Origin: Mobula hypostoma
Lineage: Eukaryota
NCBI RefSeq assembly: GCF_963921235.1
Contig: NC_086097.1
Coordinates: forward strand, 124,312,001-124,376,000
Length of the DNA stretch: 64,000 nucleotides
Direction of reading: 5' to 3'
Positions 12,693-26,050 of the stretch are shown here, one piece after another. Both the position numbers and the translations under genes were made by a program. Below the pieces are notes generated by a model. That model saw only the letters and a program-made list of their open reading frames with translations, did no database searches and was not told where the DNA came from. The first letter of the stretch is position 1; each line of letters opens with the position of its first letter.

Positions 12693-13890
12693 ATACTTAT
12701 ACTTTATACTTTATTGTCACCAAACAATTGGTACTAGAATGTACAATCATCACAGCGATATTTGATTCTGTGCTTCCCACTCCCTGGATTACAAACATTA
12801 AAAATTAAAAATATTAAAATAGTAACAATTAGTAAATATTAAACATTTAAATTATAAATCATAAATAGAAAATAGAAAAATGGAAAGTAAGGTAGTGCAA
12901 AAAAATCGAGAGGCAGGTCCGGATATTTGGAGGGTATGGTCCAGATCCAGGTCAGGATCCATTCAGCAGTCTTATCACAGTTGGAAAGAAGCTGTTCCCA
13001 AATCTGGCCGTATGAGTCTTCAAGCTCCTGAGCCTTCTCCTGGAGGGAAGAGGGACGAAAAGTGTGTTGGTTGGGTAGGTCGTGTCCTTGATTATCCTGG
13101 CAGCACTGTTCTGACAGCGTGCGGTGTAAAGTGAGTCCAAGGACGGAAGATTGGTTTGTGTGATGTGCTGCGCCGTGTTCATGATCTTCTGCAGCTTCTT
13201 TCGGTCTTGGACAGGACAACTTCCATACCAGGTTGTGATGCACCCTGGAAGAATGCTTTCTACGGTGCATCTATAAAAATTAGTGAGGGTTTTAGGGGAC
13301 AGGCCAAATTTCTTTAGTTTTCTCAGGCAGTAAAGGTGCTGGTGGGCCTTTTTGGCAGTGAACTCTGCTTGGTTGGACCAAGTCAGGTCATTTGTGATAT
13401 TGACCCCGAGGAACTTAAAACTTCTGACCTGTTCCACTTGCGCACCACCGATGTAAATTGGGTTCTGCGGTCCGCTACTCCTTCTGAAGTCAACAACCAA
13501 TTCCCTCGTCTTGCTGACGTTGAGGGATAGGTTATTGTCCTCGCACCATGCCACCAGGTTCTTAATTTCCTCTCTGTACTCAAACTCATCATTACCCGAG
13601 GTACGGCCTACAATTGTTGTGTCATCAGCAAACTTATATATTGAGTTGGATGGAAACTTGGCTACACAATCATGGGTGTACAGTGAGTACAGCAGGGGGC
13701 TGAGTACACAGCCTTGTGGGGCACTGGTGCTCAGAGTGATTGTAGAGGAGAGCCTGTTCCCTATTTTCACAGCCTGGGTCCTGTCTGTGAGGAAGTTGAA
13801 GATCCAGCTGCAGATCTGTGTGCTAAGGCCCAGGTTCTGGAGCTTTGGAATCAGTTTATTTGGAATGATGGTATTAAAGGCAGAGCTGTA
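12693..13890 (-). mobile_element. Young Rex1/Babar-type LINE 3' fragment, uninterrupted 272-aa RT ORF 12952-13770
   Basis: [44 protein letters not shown]; short tandem tail; inserted in an older LINE (12330-12680 / 13890-13940). Confidence 0.9.
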
Positions 13891-14737
13891 TTATGTATGC
13901 ATCTTTATTCTCCAGGTGTTCTAAGGAGGAATGTAGGGCCAGAGAGATAGCATCTGCTGTGTCATGATGAAGGGTCTCTGCCCCGAAACATCGACTGTTT
14001 ATTCCTCTCCAGAGATACTACCTGGCCTACTGAGAACCTATAGCGTTTTCTGTGAGTTTCTCTGGATTCCCAGTATTTGCATAATCTCTTGTGTTTAAGA
14101 AAAATCTGTTGGTACTTCAGTGAAGCTGAGGCTTTTACTCCATTGCCCATCTCCTAGATGCTATGCAAATTTTCAAAAAGACTAAAAATACGATGTTAAC
14201 CGAACTTGTCTCAGTTTGGGTTTGCAAGTCCATCCTTGATGCTCTGGCAGCGCATGGGCCCGCAATTCAAATTGTGTATCTGCACTGCAGACATAAATTG
14301 TTGAATTATGTCTAAGTTCCAATTGTAATTTGAAATCATAACTGCCTGCCTTCACCCTTTAGTGGAATATACATAGGGTAAAAGCAAGCAGACTTTTACC
14401 ACAGAGGTCGGGTAAAACGAGAACTAGAGATCATAGGTTAAGGGTGAAAAGTGAAATATCTAAGGGGAACCAGAGGGGGAACATCTTCACTCAGATGGTG
14501 AAGCAAGTGATCCTCATATAGGATTGTGATCCTGATGAAGGGTCTTGGCCCAAAATGTTAACTGCTTATTCCTCTCCCATGGTACTGCCTGACTTGCTGA
14601 GTTCCTTCAGCATTTCATATGTGTTGCTCGGATGTGGCATGCAATTTAGTTGAGATGGTCTAAACTCTAGCATGTTCCATTGAAGCTTTGAGAGTTGCAC
14701 GCTGCAGATCTGCTTTCAGTGGAAAAGTATGTCTTTA

Positions 14738-15065
14738 GACCATAAGACATAGGAACAGAATTAGGTCATTTGGCCCATTAAGTTAGCCTCACCTTTCCAT
14801 TGTAGCCAATTTATTATCCCTCTCAACCCCATCCTCCATGTAACCTTTGAAACCCTTACTAATCAAGAGTCCAACATCCTATGCTTTAAACATATCCAAT
14901 GACTTGGTCTCCACAGCTATCTGTGGTAATAAATTCACCAGATTCACCATCCTCTTGGATAAAGAAATGCCTCCTCGCCTCTGCTCTAAAGGGACGTCCT
15001 TTTATTCTGAGGCTGTGCCCTCTAGCTGTAGACTCCTTGACTCTAGGCAACATCCTCTCCACATT
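14738..15065 (-). mobile_element. CR1 3' end
   Basis: RGHSLRIKGRPF..RRHFF motif plus CR1-type 3' UTR. Confidence 0.75.
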
Positions 15066-15844
15066 GAGGAATTTCAAGCACATGTTCTCTATGTTCTCAA
15101 TTGGTAAACGGCTGCGTGGCTGTTCAACAAAGAGTGGTACATCAAGAAAATGTCAGGAGACTGATCTTTCAATGTCAAATGCAGAATAAATTGGCAAATC
15201 ATGTTAACATGTGGAGCTCAGTATTACACCGTTACTCACAAAGAAATAAAATTTGTTTGATCATAGTGGTCCAATCAGCCTCCTTCCTGGATAAAGATGT
15301 AGCAATACAGCTATGATTTCCCGTGCTTGGACATTTAATTACATTTTAATCATCTTTAGAGAGGGTCCAGAGGAGGTTTTCGAGAATGATTCCAGGTACG
15401 ATTCAGAGGCCGATGTCAGAACAGCTTTCACGAGGGTGAACCCTCGCAAGGCGTCAGGCCCTTATGGTGTACCTGGCTGGGCATGGAAAATTTGTGCCAG
15501 GCAGATGGAGGGAGTGAGCAAAAACATCTTCAATAACTCACTGCTGTGGGTGGAGGTTCTCACCTGCTTCAAAAGGGCGACAATCATGCCAGTTCCCAAA
15601 AAGAATAGGTGAGCTGCCTCAATGACGATCACTCTGTGGCACTCACAGCTACTGTGGTGAAGTGCTTTGAAAGGTTGGTCATGGCCAGGGCCAATTCCTG
15701 CCTCAGCAAGAACGTAGACCTGCTGCAATTTACCTATTACACAATAGGTCTACAACGGATGCTATCTGATTGGCTCTCCACTCGGCCTTGAATCACCTGG
15801 ACAGTAGTAAAACACGCCACAGGCTGCTGTTTGTTGATTATAGT

Positions 15845-16565
15845 AGTCATAGTCATAGTCATACTTTATTGATCCTGGGGAAATTGGTTTTTGTTACAAT
15901 TGCGCCATAATTAATGAAATAGCAATAAAACCATAAATAGTTAAATAGCAATATGTAAATTATGCCAGGAAATAAGTCCAGGACCAGCCTATTGGCTCAG
16001 GGTGTCTGACCCTCCAAGGGAGGAGTTGTAAAGTTTGATGGTCACAGGCAGGAATGACTTCCTATGACGCTCTGTGTTGCATCTCGGTGGGATGAGTCTC
16101 TGGCTGAATGTACTCCTGTGCCCAACCAGTACAATATGTAGTGGATGGGAGACATTGTCCAAGATGGCAATCAACTTGGACAGCATCCTCTTTTCAGACA
16201 CCACTGTGAGAGAGTCCAGTTCCATCCCCACAACATCACTGGCCTTACGAATGAGTTTGTTGATTCCGTTGGTGTCTGCTACCCTCAGCCTGCTGCCCCA
16301 GCGCACAACAGCAAACATGATAGCACTGGCCACCACAGACTCGTAGAACATCCTCAGCATCATCCGACAGATGTTAAAGGACCTCAGTCTCCTCAGGAAA
16401 TAGAGACGGCTCTGACCCTTCTTGTAGACAGCCTCAGTGTTCTTTGACCAGTCCAGTTTATTGTCAATTCGTATCCCCAGGTATTTGTAATCCTTCACCA
16501 TGTCCACACTGACCCCCTGGATGGAAACAGGGGTCACCAGTACCTTAGCTCTCCTCAGGTCTACC
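15845..16565 (-). mobile_element. Young Rex1/Babar-type LINE 3' fragment (ORF 15989-16537)
   Basis: Near-identical to 8433-9120 in protein, 3' UTR and (tagtca)n tail. Confidence 0.88.
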
Positions 16566-17431
16566 TGAGGAGCTTGGTGTTTAACACCATCATACCCTCA
16601 GTTCTAAACTATAAGCTCCAAACCCTGTGGCTCTGTACCTCACTCTGCAAATGGATACTTGACTTCCTCATCGGGAGACCACAGTCAGTGCAGATCGGGA
16701 ATAATATCTCCTCCTCACTGACACTCAGCACTGGTGCACCTCAAGGATACGTGCTTAGCCCACTAATCTATTCACTCTACACCCCCGACTGTGTGGCTAG
16801 GCACCTCAAACGCCACCTATAAATTTCTGATGACAGGACTATTGTTGGCAGAATTTCAGACAGTGATGAGGAGTCACACAGGAGCGAGGTACATCAGCTG
16901 GTTGAGTGGTGTCGCAACAACAACCTTGCTGTCAACGTCAGTAAGACCAAGGAATTGATTGTGGACTTCAGGAAAGGGAACACACTGTTCCTTATCGAGA
17001 GATCAGCAGAAGAAAGTGTGAGCAGTTTCAAGTCCTGAGCTTCAGCATCTCTGAAGATCTATCCTGGGCCTAACATACTGAAGCAATGACAAAGAAGGCA
17101 TCACAGTGGCTATATTTCATCAGGAGTCTGAGGAGGCTCGATCTGTCATCAAAGACGCTCACAAATTTGTGCAGACGTACTGCGGGGAGTATTCTAACTG
17201 GCTGCATCAACGTCTGGTATGGAGGGTCCACTGCACAGGATCGGAAAAAGCTGCAGAAAGTTGCAAAAGTCCAGCTACATGGGCACTAGCCTCCCTACCA
17301 TCAAGGACAGTTTCAAGAGGCGATGCCTCAAAAAGCTGGCCTCCGTTATTAAGGATCCTCGTCACCTAAGACATGCTCTCTTCTTATTGCTACCAGCAGC
17401 AAGGAGGCACAGGAGAAGACACACACTCAGT

Positions 17432-18418
17432 ATATTAGGCAGTAGCAAATCAAGGCAACTGGATTTTCTGTGTTGTCTGGAAAATCTTTCGCCTCTCATC
17501 CAAGAGGCTTCTTCAGTTGTAATCCATGGTGTGTAGTTTTCTGGCTTATAAACTCTGTGAGTTGTATAGCAATCACATTAGAACATAAGAACAGTAGCCC
17601 ATCGAGCCTGCTCTGCCATTCAATAAGATCATGGCTGACCTGGCCATTGATTCATCTCCACCTGCCTGCCTTTTCCCCAGAACCCTTAATTCCCCTACTA
17701 TACAAAAATATATCTAACCTTGTCTTAAATATATTGGGTTGTTAACAGTCATAGAGGCAATGAGAGGGTTATTAGTCTCGTCTTTGCCAGAAGTGTGAAC
17801 TGTTGTAGAGACACCGGGGTAAAGATGTTAGGACAGTATTGTAAGTAACTGATAGGTGATGTCGTACCCACCCCCTCTGTTCAGGGATGGGTTTTCCAGT
17901 TTGACAAAGATGGTTTCTTTAACCTCTCTTTCAAACCACCTGTCCTCCCTGTCCAAAATGTGCACATTGTTATCATCAAAGGCGTGTCCTTTGTCCTCTA
18001 GGTGTAGATATACAGCCGAGACTTGACCAGAGGTGTTAGCCCTCCTATGTTGGGCAATCCGTTTGTGAAGTGGTTGTTTTCTCTCGCCAATATATGACAC
18101 ACCTATCAGTTACTTACAATGCAGTCTGAACCTCTCTATCCTGGCGCCTCCACAACAGTTCACAGCTCCATTCATGCAAAGATAAGACTAATGACCCTCT
18201 CATTACCTCTACAACTCTTAAAGACCTTCATGTGATTGCTCTACCTTTAAACAACTCACAGGGTTTACAAACCAGAAAACTACCCACCATGGGTCAGAAC
18301 TGAAGAAGCCTCTCAGATGAGTGGTGAAATGTCTTCCAGACAACACAATAGGTCCAGTTGCCTTGATTTACTACAGCTTGATATACAATGACCTGGATGA
18401 CCGAGGACCTTCATAGAC
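17432..18418 (-). mobile_element. Penelope-like element: GIY-YIG endonuclease fragment plus inverted pseudo-LTR, 13-bp TSD
   Basis: ORF 17828-18100: YIGERKQPLHKRIAQH..HL..H..ILDRE..E..LNR. 18100-18418(+) is an inverted copy of the 3' end. TSD acacacactcagt at 17419-17431 and 18419-18431. A CR1 tail is nested at ~17580-17735. Confidence 0.88.
18297..18336 (+). ncRNA. Minimal hammerhead ribozyme motif in Penelope pseudo-LTR (inverted copy at ~17478-17520)
   Basis: gaa-CTGAAGA-agcctctcagatgagtggt-GAAA-t-GTC-ttc; stem I gaa/ttc. The inverted copy keeps a perfect gcctct/agaggc stem II. Confidence 0.7.
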
Positions 18419-18659
18419 ACACACACTCAGTGTTTTAGGAACAACTTCTTCCCCTCTGTGATCAGATTTCTGAATGGAAAATGAACCCAATACTTCTTTC
18501 TCTTTTTTGCTCTCTTTTTGAACTTCTTATTTTATTTAATTTTTATATATCTTATTGTAATTTATAGTTTTTTTATTATGTATTGCAACGTACTGCTGCC
18601 TCAAAATAACCAAGTTCATGACATATGCCGATGATATTAAACCTGATTCTGATTTTGTA

Positions 18660-19930
18660 CTCACTGGAGATTAGAAGAATGAGGGGAGATCTCATTGAAA
18701 CTTATCAAACATTGAAAGAACTAGACATAGTGGCTATGTAGAGGAGTCTCCTATAATGGGGAGTCTAGGACCAGAGAGCACAGCCTCAGAATAGGAAGAT
18801 GTCCATTTAGAACAGAGATGAGGAGGAATTTGTTTAGCCAGAAGGTGGAATTGTGGAATTCATTGACACAGATGCCTGTGGAGGCAAAGTCATTCAGTAT
18901 ATTTAAAGTGGCTGTTGATTAGTCAGGACATCAAAGGTTACAGGGAGGTGGAAGGATAATGGGGGATAATAAATCAGCCTTGATGGAATGGTGGAGCAAA
19001 CCCAATGGGCCAAAGTGGCCTAATTCTGATCCTAATTCGTGTGGTCTTCTCCATTCTCAGATTGAGGTCAGAAATAGGTTGGGTTGGAAAGGCAGTGGGA
19101 CTTAGAAAGAATTTCAGATGGTCCAAATGACCATGAAACCATAAAGCATAGGATCAGAATTAGGCCATTCAGCTCATTAGATAAGGGGTCCAAAACTTCT
19201 CACAACACTTCAAGTTTGGCCTGATCAATGCTTTATAAAGCATCAGTATTATATTCTTGCTTTTATATTCTAGTCCTTTTGAAATGACTGCTAACATTGC
19301 ATTTGCCTTCCTTACCACCGACCCAACCTGCAGGTTAACCTTCAGGGAATCCTGCACAAGGACGCCCAAGTCTCTTTACACCACTGATTTCTGAATTTTC
19401 TCTTCATTTAGAAAAGAGTCTACGCCTTTATTCCTTCTACCAAAGTCCATGACCATGCACGTCCCTACACTATCATCCATCTGCCACTTCTTTGCCCATT
19501 CTCCTAATGTGACGAAGTACTTCTGCAGACTCCCTGCTTTCTCAACACTATCTCCCCCCTCCCCCCCCACTTGTCTTTGTATAATCTGCATTTGACCACA
19601 AAGCCATCAATTCCTTCATTCAAATCATTGACACATGGAATGAATGTAAGTGGTCTCAACACAGACCCTTGTAGAACAGCACTAGTCACTGGCAGGCAAC
19701 AGAAAAGGCATCCTTTATTCCCACTCTTTGCCTCCTGCCAGTCAGCCACTGCTTGTATCCTTCCGGTAATGTTATGGGCTCCTATCTTGTTTTCAGCCTC
19801 ATCTGTGGTATCTTGACAAAGGCCTTCTGAAAGTCCAAGTAAACAAAATCCACTGGGATCCTTTGTCTATCCAGCCTGTCAATTCCTCAAAGAATTCCAA
19901 AAGATCTGTCAGGCAAGATTTCCCCTTAAG
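18660..19930. mobile_element. CR1 fragments (18660-19050 plus; 19185-19930 minus)
   Basis: GKSCLTDLLEFFEE, QGSVL.P, GVLVQDSLKV..KANAML, LYKALIRP motifs. Confidence 0.8.
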
Positions 19931-20329
19931 GATTGAGAAGGTGAATTCTGCCTCTTTGGAGGTAGGACATGTTTTATGTTTTAGCAGAACGTGTTTTCTG
20001 AATGTCATAGAGAATTAAAGTCTAGTGGAACTTGCGCTGCAGGAATCCAGGTGACAGGCTGGTGGAGCGACAGCTTGAAGGTCACGTGTGGAATCGACAT
20101 AAACTTCAAAGGAAGTAGATGGACTGCTGTGCCTTCTTTGTGGTGTGGCACTTATGTGCTGGACCCAGGAACGATCCTCTGATATGATAACGCCAATTAA
20201 TTAACAGGAGTTTTCACTGTTGAAATGAACAGCGTTTATATCGCGTGGTCAGATGGGGTGACTGTTCGTATGCTGTTCAGGCCTAAAGGAAGCAATCACC
20301 AAACCCTGATGTATAAGCAGTGCTGCCAT

Positions 20330-20770
20330 GTATACAGTGCGATAGTTCATAGAGTGTTCTAGTGCATAAAGTGTATACAGTGTTACGGTGCAATGATGCT
20401 TATAGTATTACAGTGCATACAGTACAACAGTAATACAATTCACACAGTACTGCAGCACGACAGTAATACAGTGCTACAGTGCTTACAATGTTACAGTGCA
20501 TACAATACTACAGTGCACAGTTCTATATTGCACACAGCACTACAGTATGCACTGCATACATAGATACAGTACTACAGTGCTACAGGGGGTCCAGTAATAC
20601 AGTCATACAGTGCATAGTGTATTCAGTTCATGCAGTGCTACAGTGCATACAGTGCTACAGGGTAACAGTGCTACAGTGATAGAGTGCTACAGGGTAACAG
20701 TGCTACAGTGATAGAGTGCTACAGGGTAACAGTGCTACAGTGATAGAGTGCTTACAGCGCTACAGTGCAA
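20330..20770. repeat. Low-complexity (tacagtg)-derived array with ~3 perfect 32-bp higher-order units
   Basis: ggtaacagtgctacagtgatagagtgctacag repeated at ~20661-20752 inside a degenerate acagt-rich tract. Confidence 0.85.
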
Positions 20771-21724
20771 TGCGGCATGGAGTTTTTATGATAAACCGAA
20801 TATCAAAATAAAAGCAGGCTGCCTGCTTCCTCCGCATAGATCATCTTTATCCTCTCCTAACCCTTGCCTCATTTTAATTAAAACCTCCCTGAATTCAATT
20901 CAGTTCCTATTTCAACAATTTTAGCAATTTACCCTTCAAAATTGCCTCAAACCCATTAAGTTTTGGAAGCTACTGTTCAAACCTAGGTAACAGAAGGCAT
21001 GGTTACTAATAATGAGGCTTAGGTGAAAAGTGATGTCAAGGGCTGTCAGGTTAATGGAGAGTTAGCGGGATAGATTGTGGTTGTGAAGGAATTTACACGG
21101 ATTTGGAGTGTAAATATGTAAGATATTAAATAAAGAGATGAGAATTTTAAAAAGGAATCATAAGCCAGCATTGATGAGCAAGGAAAAAGATGATACGTGA
21201 ACAAAACTCAGTCTTGAATAGACACAAGCAGGACAGAGTATGGAAGAAAGGGAGTTTGGTTAGGAGAACATTATACTAATGAGTCACAAGATGATTGATT
21301 AGTTGTTTGTCAAATTCAACAATGACAGGAAATCTCTGCAGAAGAGTTTTTAAAGTGGAAAAGCTGTTTCACTGGAGCATTTCCACTCTCTCGACCTTGA
21401 ATGTCCGGGTGCAGTAGAATGAGTAGTTGTCACAACTGGGGTCTTCCTTGGTTGTAGTGGATGTCTATGTCTTCTTCTGCGCCTAGTTGTGCCCTTCGCT
21501 CTCTGCAGAACCAACCTTCTTGGACCTCACTGTTGATCTCATCTGCCTAGTCTGCTGGAGCTGTCTTTGCATATAATTATATTTATATTGTTCTCAATAA
21601 ACATAAAATGTAAGAGTAATTTTATAAAACATCCTGTATAATTAACTGTTTGAGTGTGGGTGTATATACATAAGATTGCCTTATATACGTAGACTGATTG
21701 TTGGGGGGCTGCAATCAGTATGAC

Positions 21725-22780
21725 ATAGCGCAAGGTTTAAGAAGAGCCGTGCTGTTTTCTGCTCTCTTCAGCGGGCTGCAAACGGGAAGGGAGGTCATTT
21801 GTTGGTGATACTGTGTGTGACTTTAAATGCTCTGGTGTTTTTGGCTCTTTTCAGCAGGCTGCAATCAGAGCGAGAGATGGTTCGTTGGTGATGCAGTGTG
21901 AGGTTTAAAAGGAGCTCCAGAACTTTCAGCACTTTTCGGCAGCCTACAATTAGCAGGGGGCCAATAAGAAAAAGGGAGGTGTAAGCGGAGTGGTCACTGT
22001 GTGAGTGGACAGTGATAGAGTGGCCAGGCTTTGGCTTAGCAGTCTTAACAGATTTGGGCGAGCACAGGTGGAGGTTCTAAGTAATTAAGTAAGTTTCTAG
22101 TAAGTTTTTTTTTGGTATTACATAGCTAATGTGCTGAGAATAGGTCCAGATTTTGTGTCATGTTTCTTGTGTGAGATGTGGGAACTCTGGGTGAACTCGA
22201 GTCTCCCTGGAAACTACATCTGCATGAAGTGCAGCTCCTTAGAGACCGTGTTAAGGAAATGAAGCTGTAGATAGAGGACCTCCAGCTCATGTGGGAAAAT
22301 GAGGAGGTGATAGATAGGAGCTACATGGATACAGTCACCTGGGTGAGTGTCAGGAGAGGCAGCCAATGCAGAGTACTCCTGTGGCCGTTCCCCTCAATAA
22401 CAAGTGTATCACTTTGGATACTGTAGGGGGAGGGAGGGATAACCAGATCTGGCATTGAGTCTGGCCCTGTGGCTCAGAAGGGAAGTGGGGAGAAGGGGAC
22501 CGCAGCAGTGATCGGAGATGCCATAATTAGACAAACAGAAAGCAGATTCTGTGGATGTGAAGGAGACACCTGGATGGCATGTTGTATCCCAGGACCCAGG
22601 GCCAGGAATTTTTCAGCAAGGGTCCACAGCATTCTAAAGGGGGAGGGTAAAAAGCTGAATATTGTTGTACATATTGGAACCAATGACATAGGCAGGAAAA
22701 GGGAGTTGGCCCTGAAGAGAGAACATAGGGAATTAGGCAATAAGCTGAAAAGTAGGATCTCCAGGGTAGTAATCTTTGCA
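21725..22780 (+). mobile_element. CR1 LINE 5' region: 5' UTR and degenerate ORF1 (zinc finger/leucine zipper + SGNH esterase)
   Basis: C-F-L-C-E-M-W..YICMKC..LLRDRVKE at ~22160-22260; VIGDAIIR, CCIPGPR, VVHIGTNDIG in ORF 22469-22864. Confidence 0.85.
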
Positions 22781-22999
22781 TTCCTGATTAATCAGGGCGT
22801 CAATGTTCCAGGAGTATCTGAACATAAGGTGGCTCTGACAGGACATGTTAAAGTACCAAAGTGATTATTGGCAAGAGGAACTCTTCCAGGTACCAACAGA
22901 GCTATGAAACACAGTAGGACTGTGACCGTGTGGGTATGAGGTGTGGAGTGTAAGTGTAAAGTGGCAGTGTAATGGGAGGGTGAAGGGTGCCGAGGAGCT

Positions 23000-23540
23000 G
23001 TGGTGAAGAGTGGCTCATTTGGATGTAGTTCTGATGCGGGGGGGTGTTTTTTGGCGGAGGTGTTGATCAGTCTGATGGCTTGGGGGAAGTAAGACAGGGT
23101 GGGAGGGATTCTTCATGACATTGCTGGCCATTTTATGGGACATTTCAGTATCTAGGTCCTTGAAGGTAAGTAGGCATTGGGTAGTTTTAATTACCCAGTG
23201 TAGAGCCTTCCCATCTGCCGCAGTGCCGTTCCCATACCACTCAGTGATGCAGTTTGTTAGGAAGCTCTCAACCTCGCATCTACAGAAGGTCATGAGTATA
23301 GATGTGCATAGTCCAGCTCTCTTCAGTCTCCTCAGAAAGCAGAGGGGTTGGTGAGCTTTCTTGTCTGTGGAGTACATGTTGCAGGCTCATGAGAGACTGT
23401 GAGACGTACACTCCCAGGAGCATGAAACTGCTCTCAGTTTCCACTGCTATCCCGGCAACGTAAAGAGGGGTGTGAGGAAGGGAGCTCTCCCAAAGTCAAT
23501 AACCATCTCCTTTGTCCTGCTCACATTGAGGAAGAGGCTA
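23000..23540 (-). mobile_element. Rex1/Babar-type RT fragment
   Basis: KKAHQPLCFLRRLKRAGL..VESFLTNCITEWYG. Confidence 0.8.
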
Positions 23541-24984
23541 ACCCAAGACCAAAACCAAACTCCTGCAGAGCTCAAAAGATCAGGCACCATCTGTGGAGGG
23601 AAATATCCAGTCATTGTTCTGGATCGAGACCATTCATCTGGGCTGAGAGACAGAGGGGAGATAGCCAGTATAAAATGGGGTGGGGCAAAAACTGGCAGGT
23701 GATAGGTGGATCCAGACGAGGAGGGGTGATAGGCAGATGGAGGAGAGAAGAGTGGAAATAGTGAGAGAGTCTGGGAGGTGACAGGTGGAGGGAAGAAAGG
23801 GCCGCAGATGATTGAACCTTATAGGAATGGAAGGGGAAGCACAGAACTCATAAAGGGAAGTAAACATAAGATATTCTACAGATGCTAGAAATCCAGAATG
23901 ATACACAAGAATTGCTGGAGGGACTCAGCAGGGCAGGCAGCATCCATGCAAAGGAGTAACCTGTCAACATTTTGAACCAAAACCCATCAGTCCTGATGAA
24001 GGTTTTTGACCCGAAACATCAACAGTTCATTCTTCTCCATGGATGCAAAAAAGGGAGGTAGGGCCAACCACCGAGTGTAGTAGATGTAGGAGACCCAGTG
24101 GGAGGAGTGCGTGGGTGGTGGGCAGTTGGATTCAGTAGAGAGGGGGTGCAGAGAAAGAAGCTAGGGATCGGACGTGGGGTGAATAAAGGAGGACTAGGTA
24201 GATCAAGAAGAGACAGAAAGGGGACAGAGGAGGAGCAGGTGACCTGAAATTGATTCTACAGACTCTACACTTTCCCCGAACTGTCAGGCTGATCAACACC
24301 TCCACCCACTAACCCACCCCACCACACCCCACCCCAACACCACAACTTTATCATTTCCTGTTAGTCACATTATGTACAGATACTTCTGTACCTAGTGTTA
24401 CTCTACGTATATACAATTAGCCTATCTTACGAGTTCTTTACTGTGTTCTTTATGTTTATTGTGTTTTTTATGCTGTGTTGGATCTGGAGTAACAAACATT
24501 TCACTCTCCTTTACACTTGTGTACTGAACAATGAAAACAAGCAATCATGAATCTTGAACATTAAAGAATACTTTTTACAGTCCCACTGTGATATTTGCAC
24601 TTCCCCACAATATTCACAGAAAAAAATTATCTTGAGATGATAGATTGGGACTGTTAATTGAACCAAATAAGAATCATATTTATTAAACTGTCATAAAGAG
24701 GAGAAGAAGGTGTGTGAACAGTTTTTGGCACGTAGGCCTTCATAAATTAAAGTATTGAGTACAGGAGCTGAGATGTTATGTTGAAGTTGTATAAGACATT
24801 GGTGAGATCTCATTTGGAGTCTTGTATGCAGTTCTGATCACCTACCTGCAGGAAAGATAGCAAAAAAATTGAAAGATTACAGAGAAAAAATATAAGGACC
24901 TGAGGTAAATGAAAAGCTTGAATAGATTAGGACTTTATTTCCTGGTGTGAAGGAGAATGAGGGAAGTTTGCTAGGTTTACAAAC

Positions 24985-26050
24985 TCAAGTTCAAGTTCAT
25001 TGTTTTTCAACACTATACATGTACACCGTCAGATGAAACAATGTTCCTCTGGACCAAAGTGCACAACACACAGAGCATACAACTGACACACAACATATAA
25101 AGTAATATTACCACAGATAAGCTAACAAATAATAAAATATAATCCAGCAGAATGGCATTTATGTCACAAGATAAGAAGTAAACAAAAGCTACTGGTGCTT
25201 CATAAGTGTTGAGACCTACAGCAAGTGGTGGCAGGGAGTTCAGTTGTCTCACAGCCTGGGGATGAAACTGTTTCCCATCCTAACAGTGGTACCTCCCACC
25301 TGATGGTTGGGGGGTCAAAGAGATTGTGGGATGGGTGGGAGGGACCCTTGACATTGCCTAGTGCCTGTGTAGGTAACACTCTTGATAAGTGTATCTCAGA
25401 TAGGTGGAAGAGATATTAGATTATGGGGACACGCAGTCCTCTTTTATTGTCATTTAGTAATGCATGCATTTAGAAATGATACAATTTGTTCCTCTGATGA
25501 TTGATGATCCCCTCAGCAGTGCTAGCAATCCTTTGTAGGGTTTTGTGTCAGATGACTTGTAAATCCCATGGCAGATGGTGGTGCAGCTGGTCAGGGCATT
25601 CTCGATGGTGCTCTTGTAAAAATTGGTTAAAATGGAGGGGAAGGGAGATGTCTCACTCTCCTCAGAAAGTGGAGACGCTGCTGTGCTTTCTTGACTAGAG
25701 GTAGTGTTGAGGGACCAGATGAGGTCGTCTGTTATGTGCTCTCCCGGAAACCTGGTACTCCTAACTCTCTCCACAAAGGAGTCCTGTACGTGTAGTGAGG
25801 AGTGGTCAGCCTGTACCTTCCTCAAGTCCACAATCGTCTCTTTGGTCTTGTCTGCATTGAGACTCAAGTTCTTATGCCACACCATTCTAGCAGCCGCTCT
25901 ACCCCCTCTCCCGCATGCTCTCTCATTATCGATGTGAATGAGGTCAACCACTGCTGTGTCATCAACGAACTTGATGGTTCACTTTGATGTATATCTAGCA
26001 GTGCAGTCATGTGTCAGCAGAGTGAAGAGCAGTGAGATCAGCACACAGGA
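24985..26050 (-). mobile_element. Degenerate Rex1/Babar-type LINE
   Basis: WHKNLSLNADKTKETIVDLRK; FYKSTIENALTSC. Confidence 0.75.

Larger units (their letters stand above)
15395..18655 (+). mobile_element. Degenerate Rex1/Babar-type LINE hosting two insertions
   Basis: [62 protein letters not shown] motifs in order, followed by the 3' UTR. Confidence 0.85.

Noticed and set aside
22469..22864. Host GDSL lipase/esterase gene
   Set aside because: Context and motifs are those of CR1 ORF1; catalytic Ser motif altered (GDA) and upstream frame broken.
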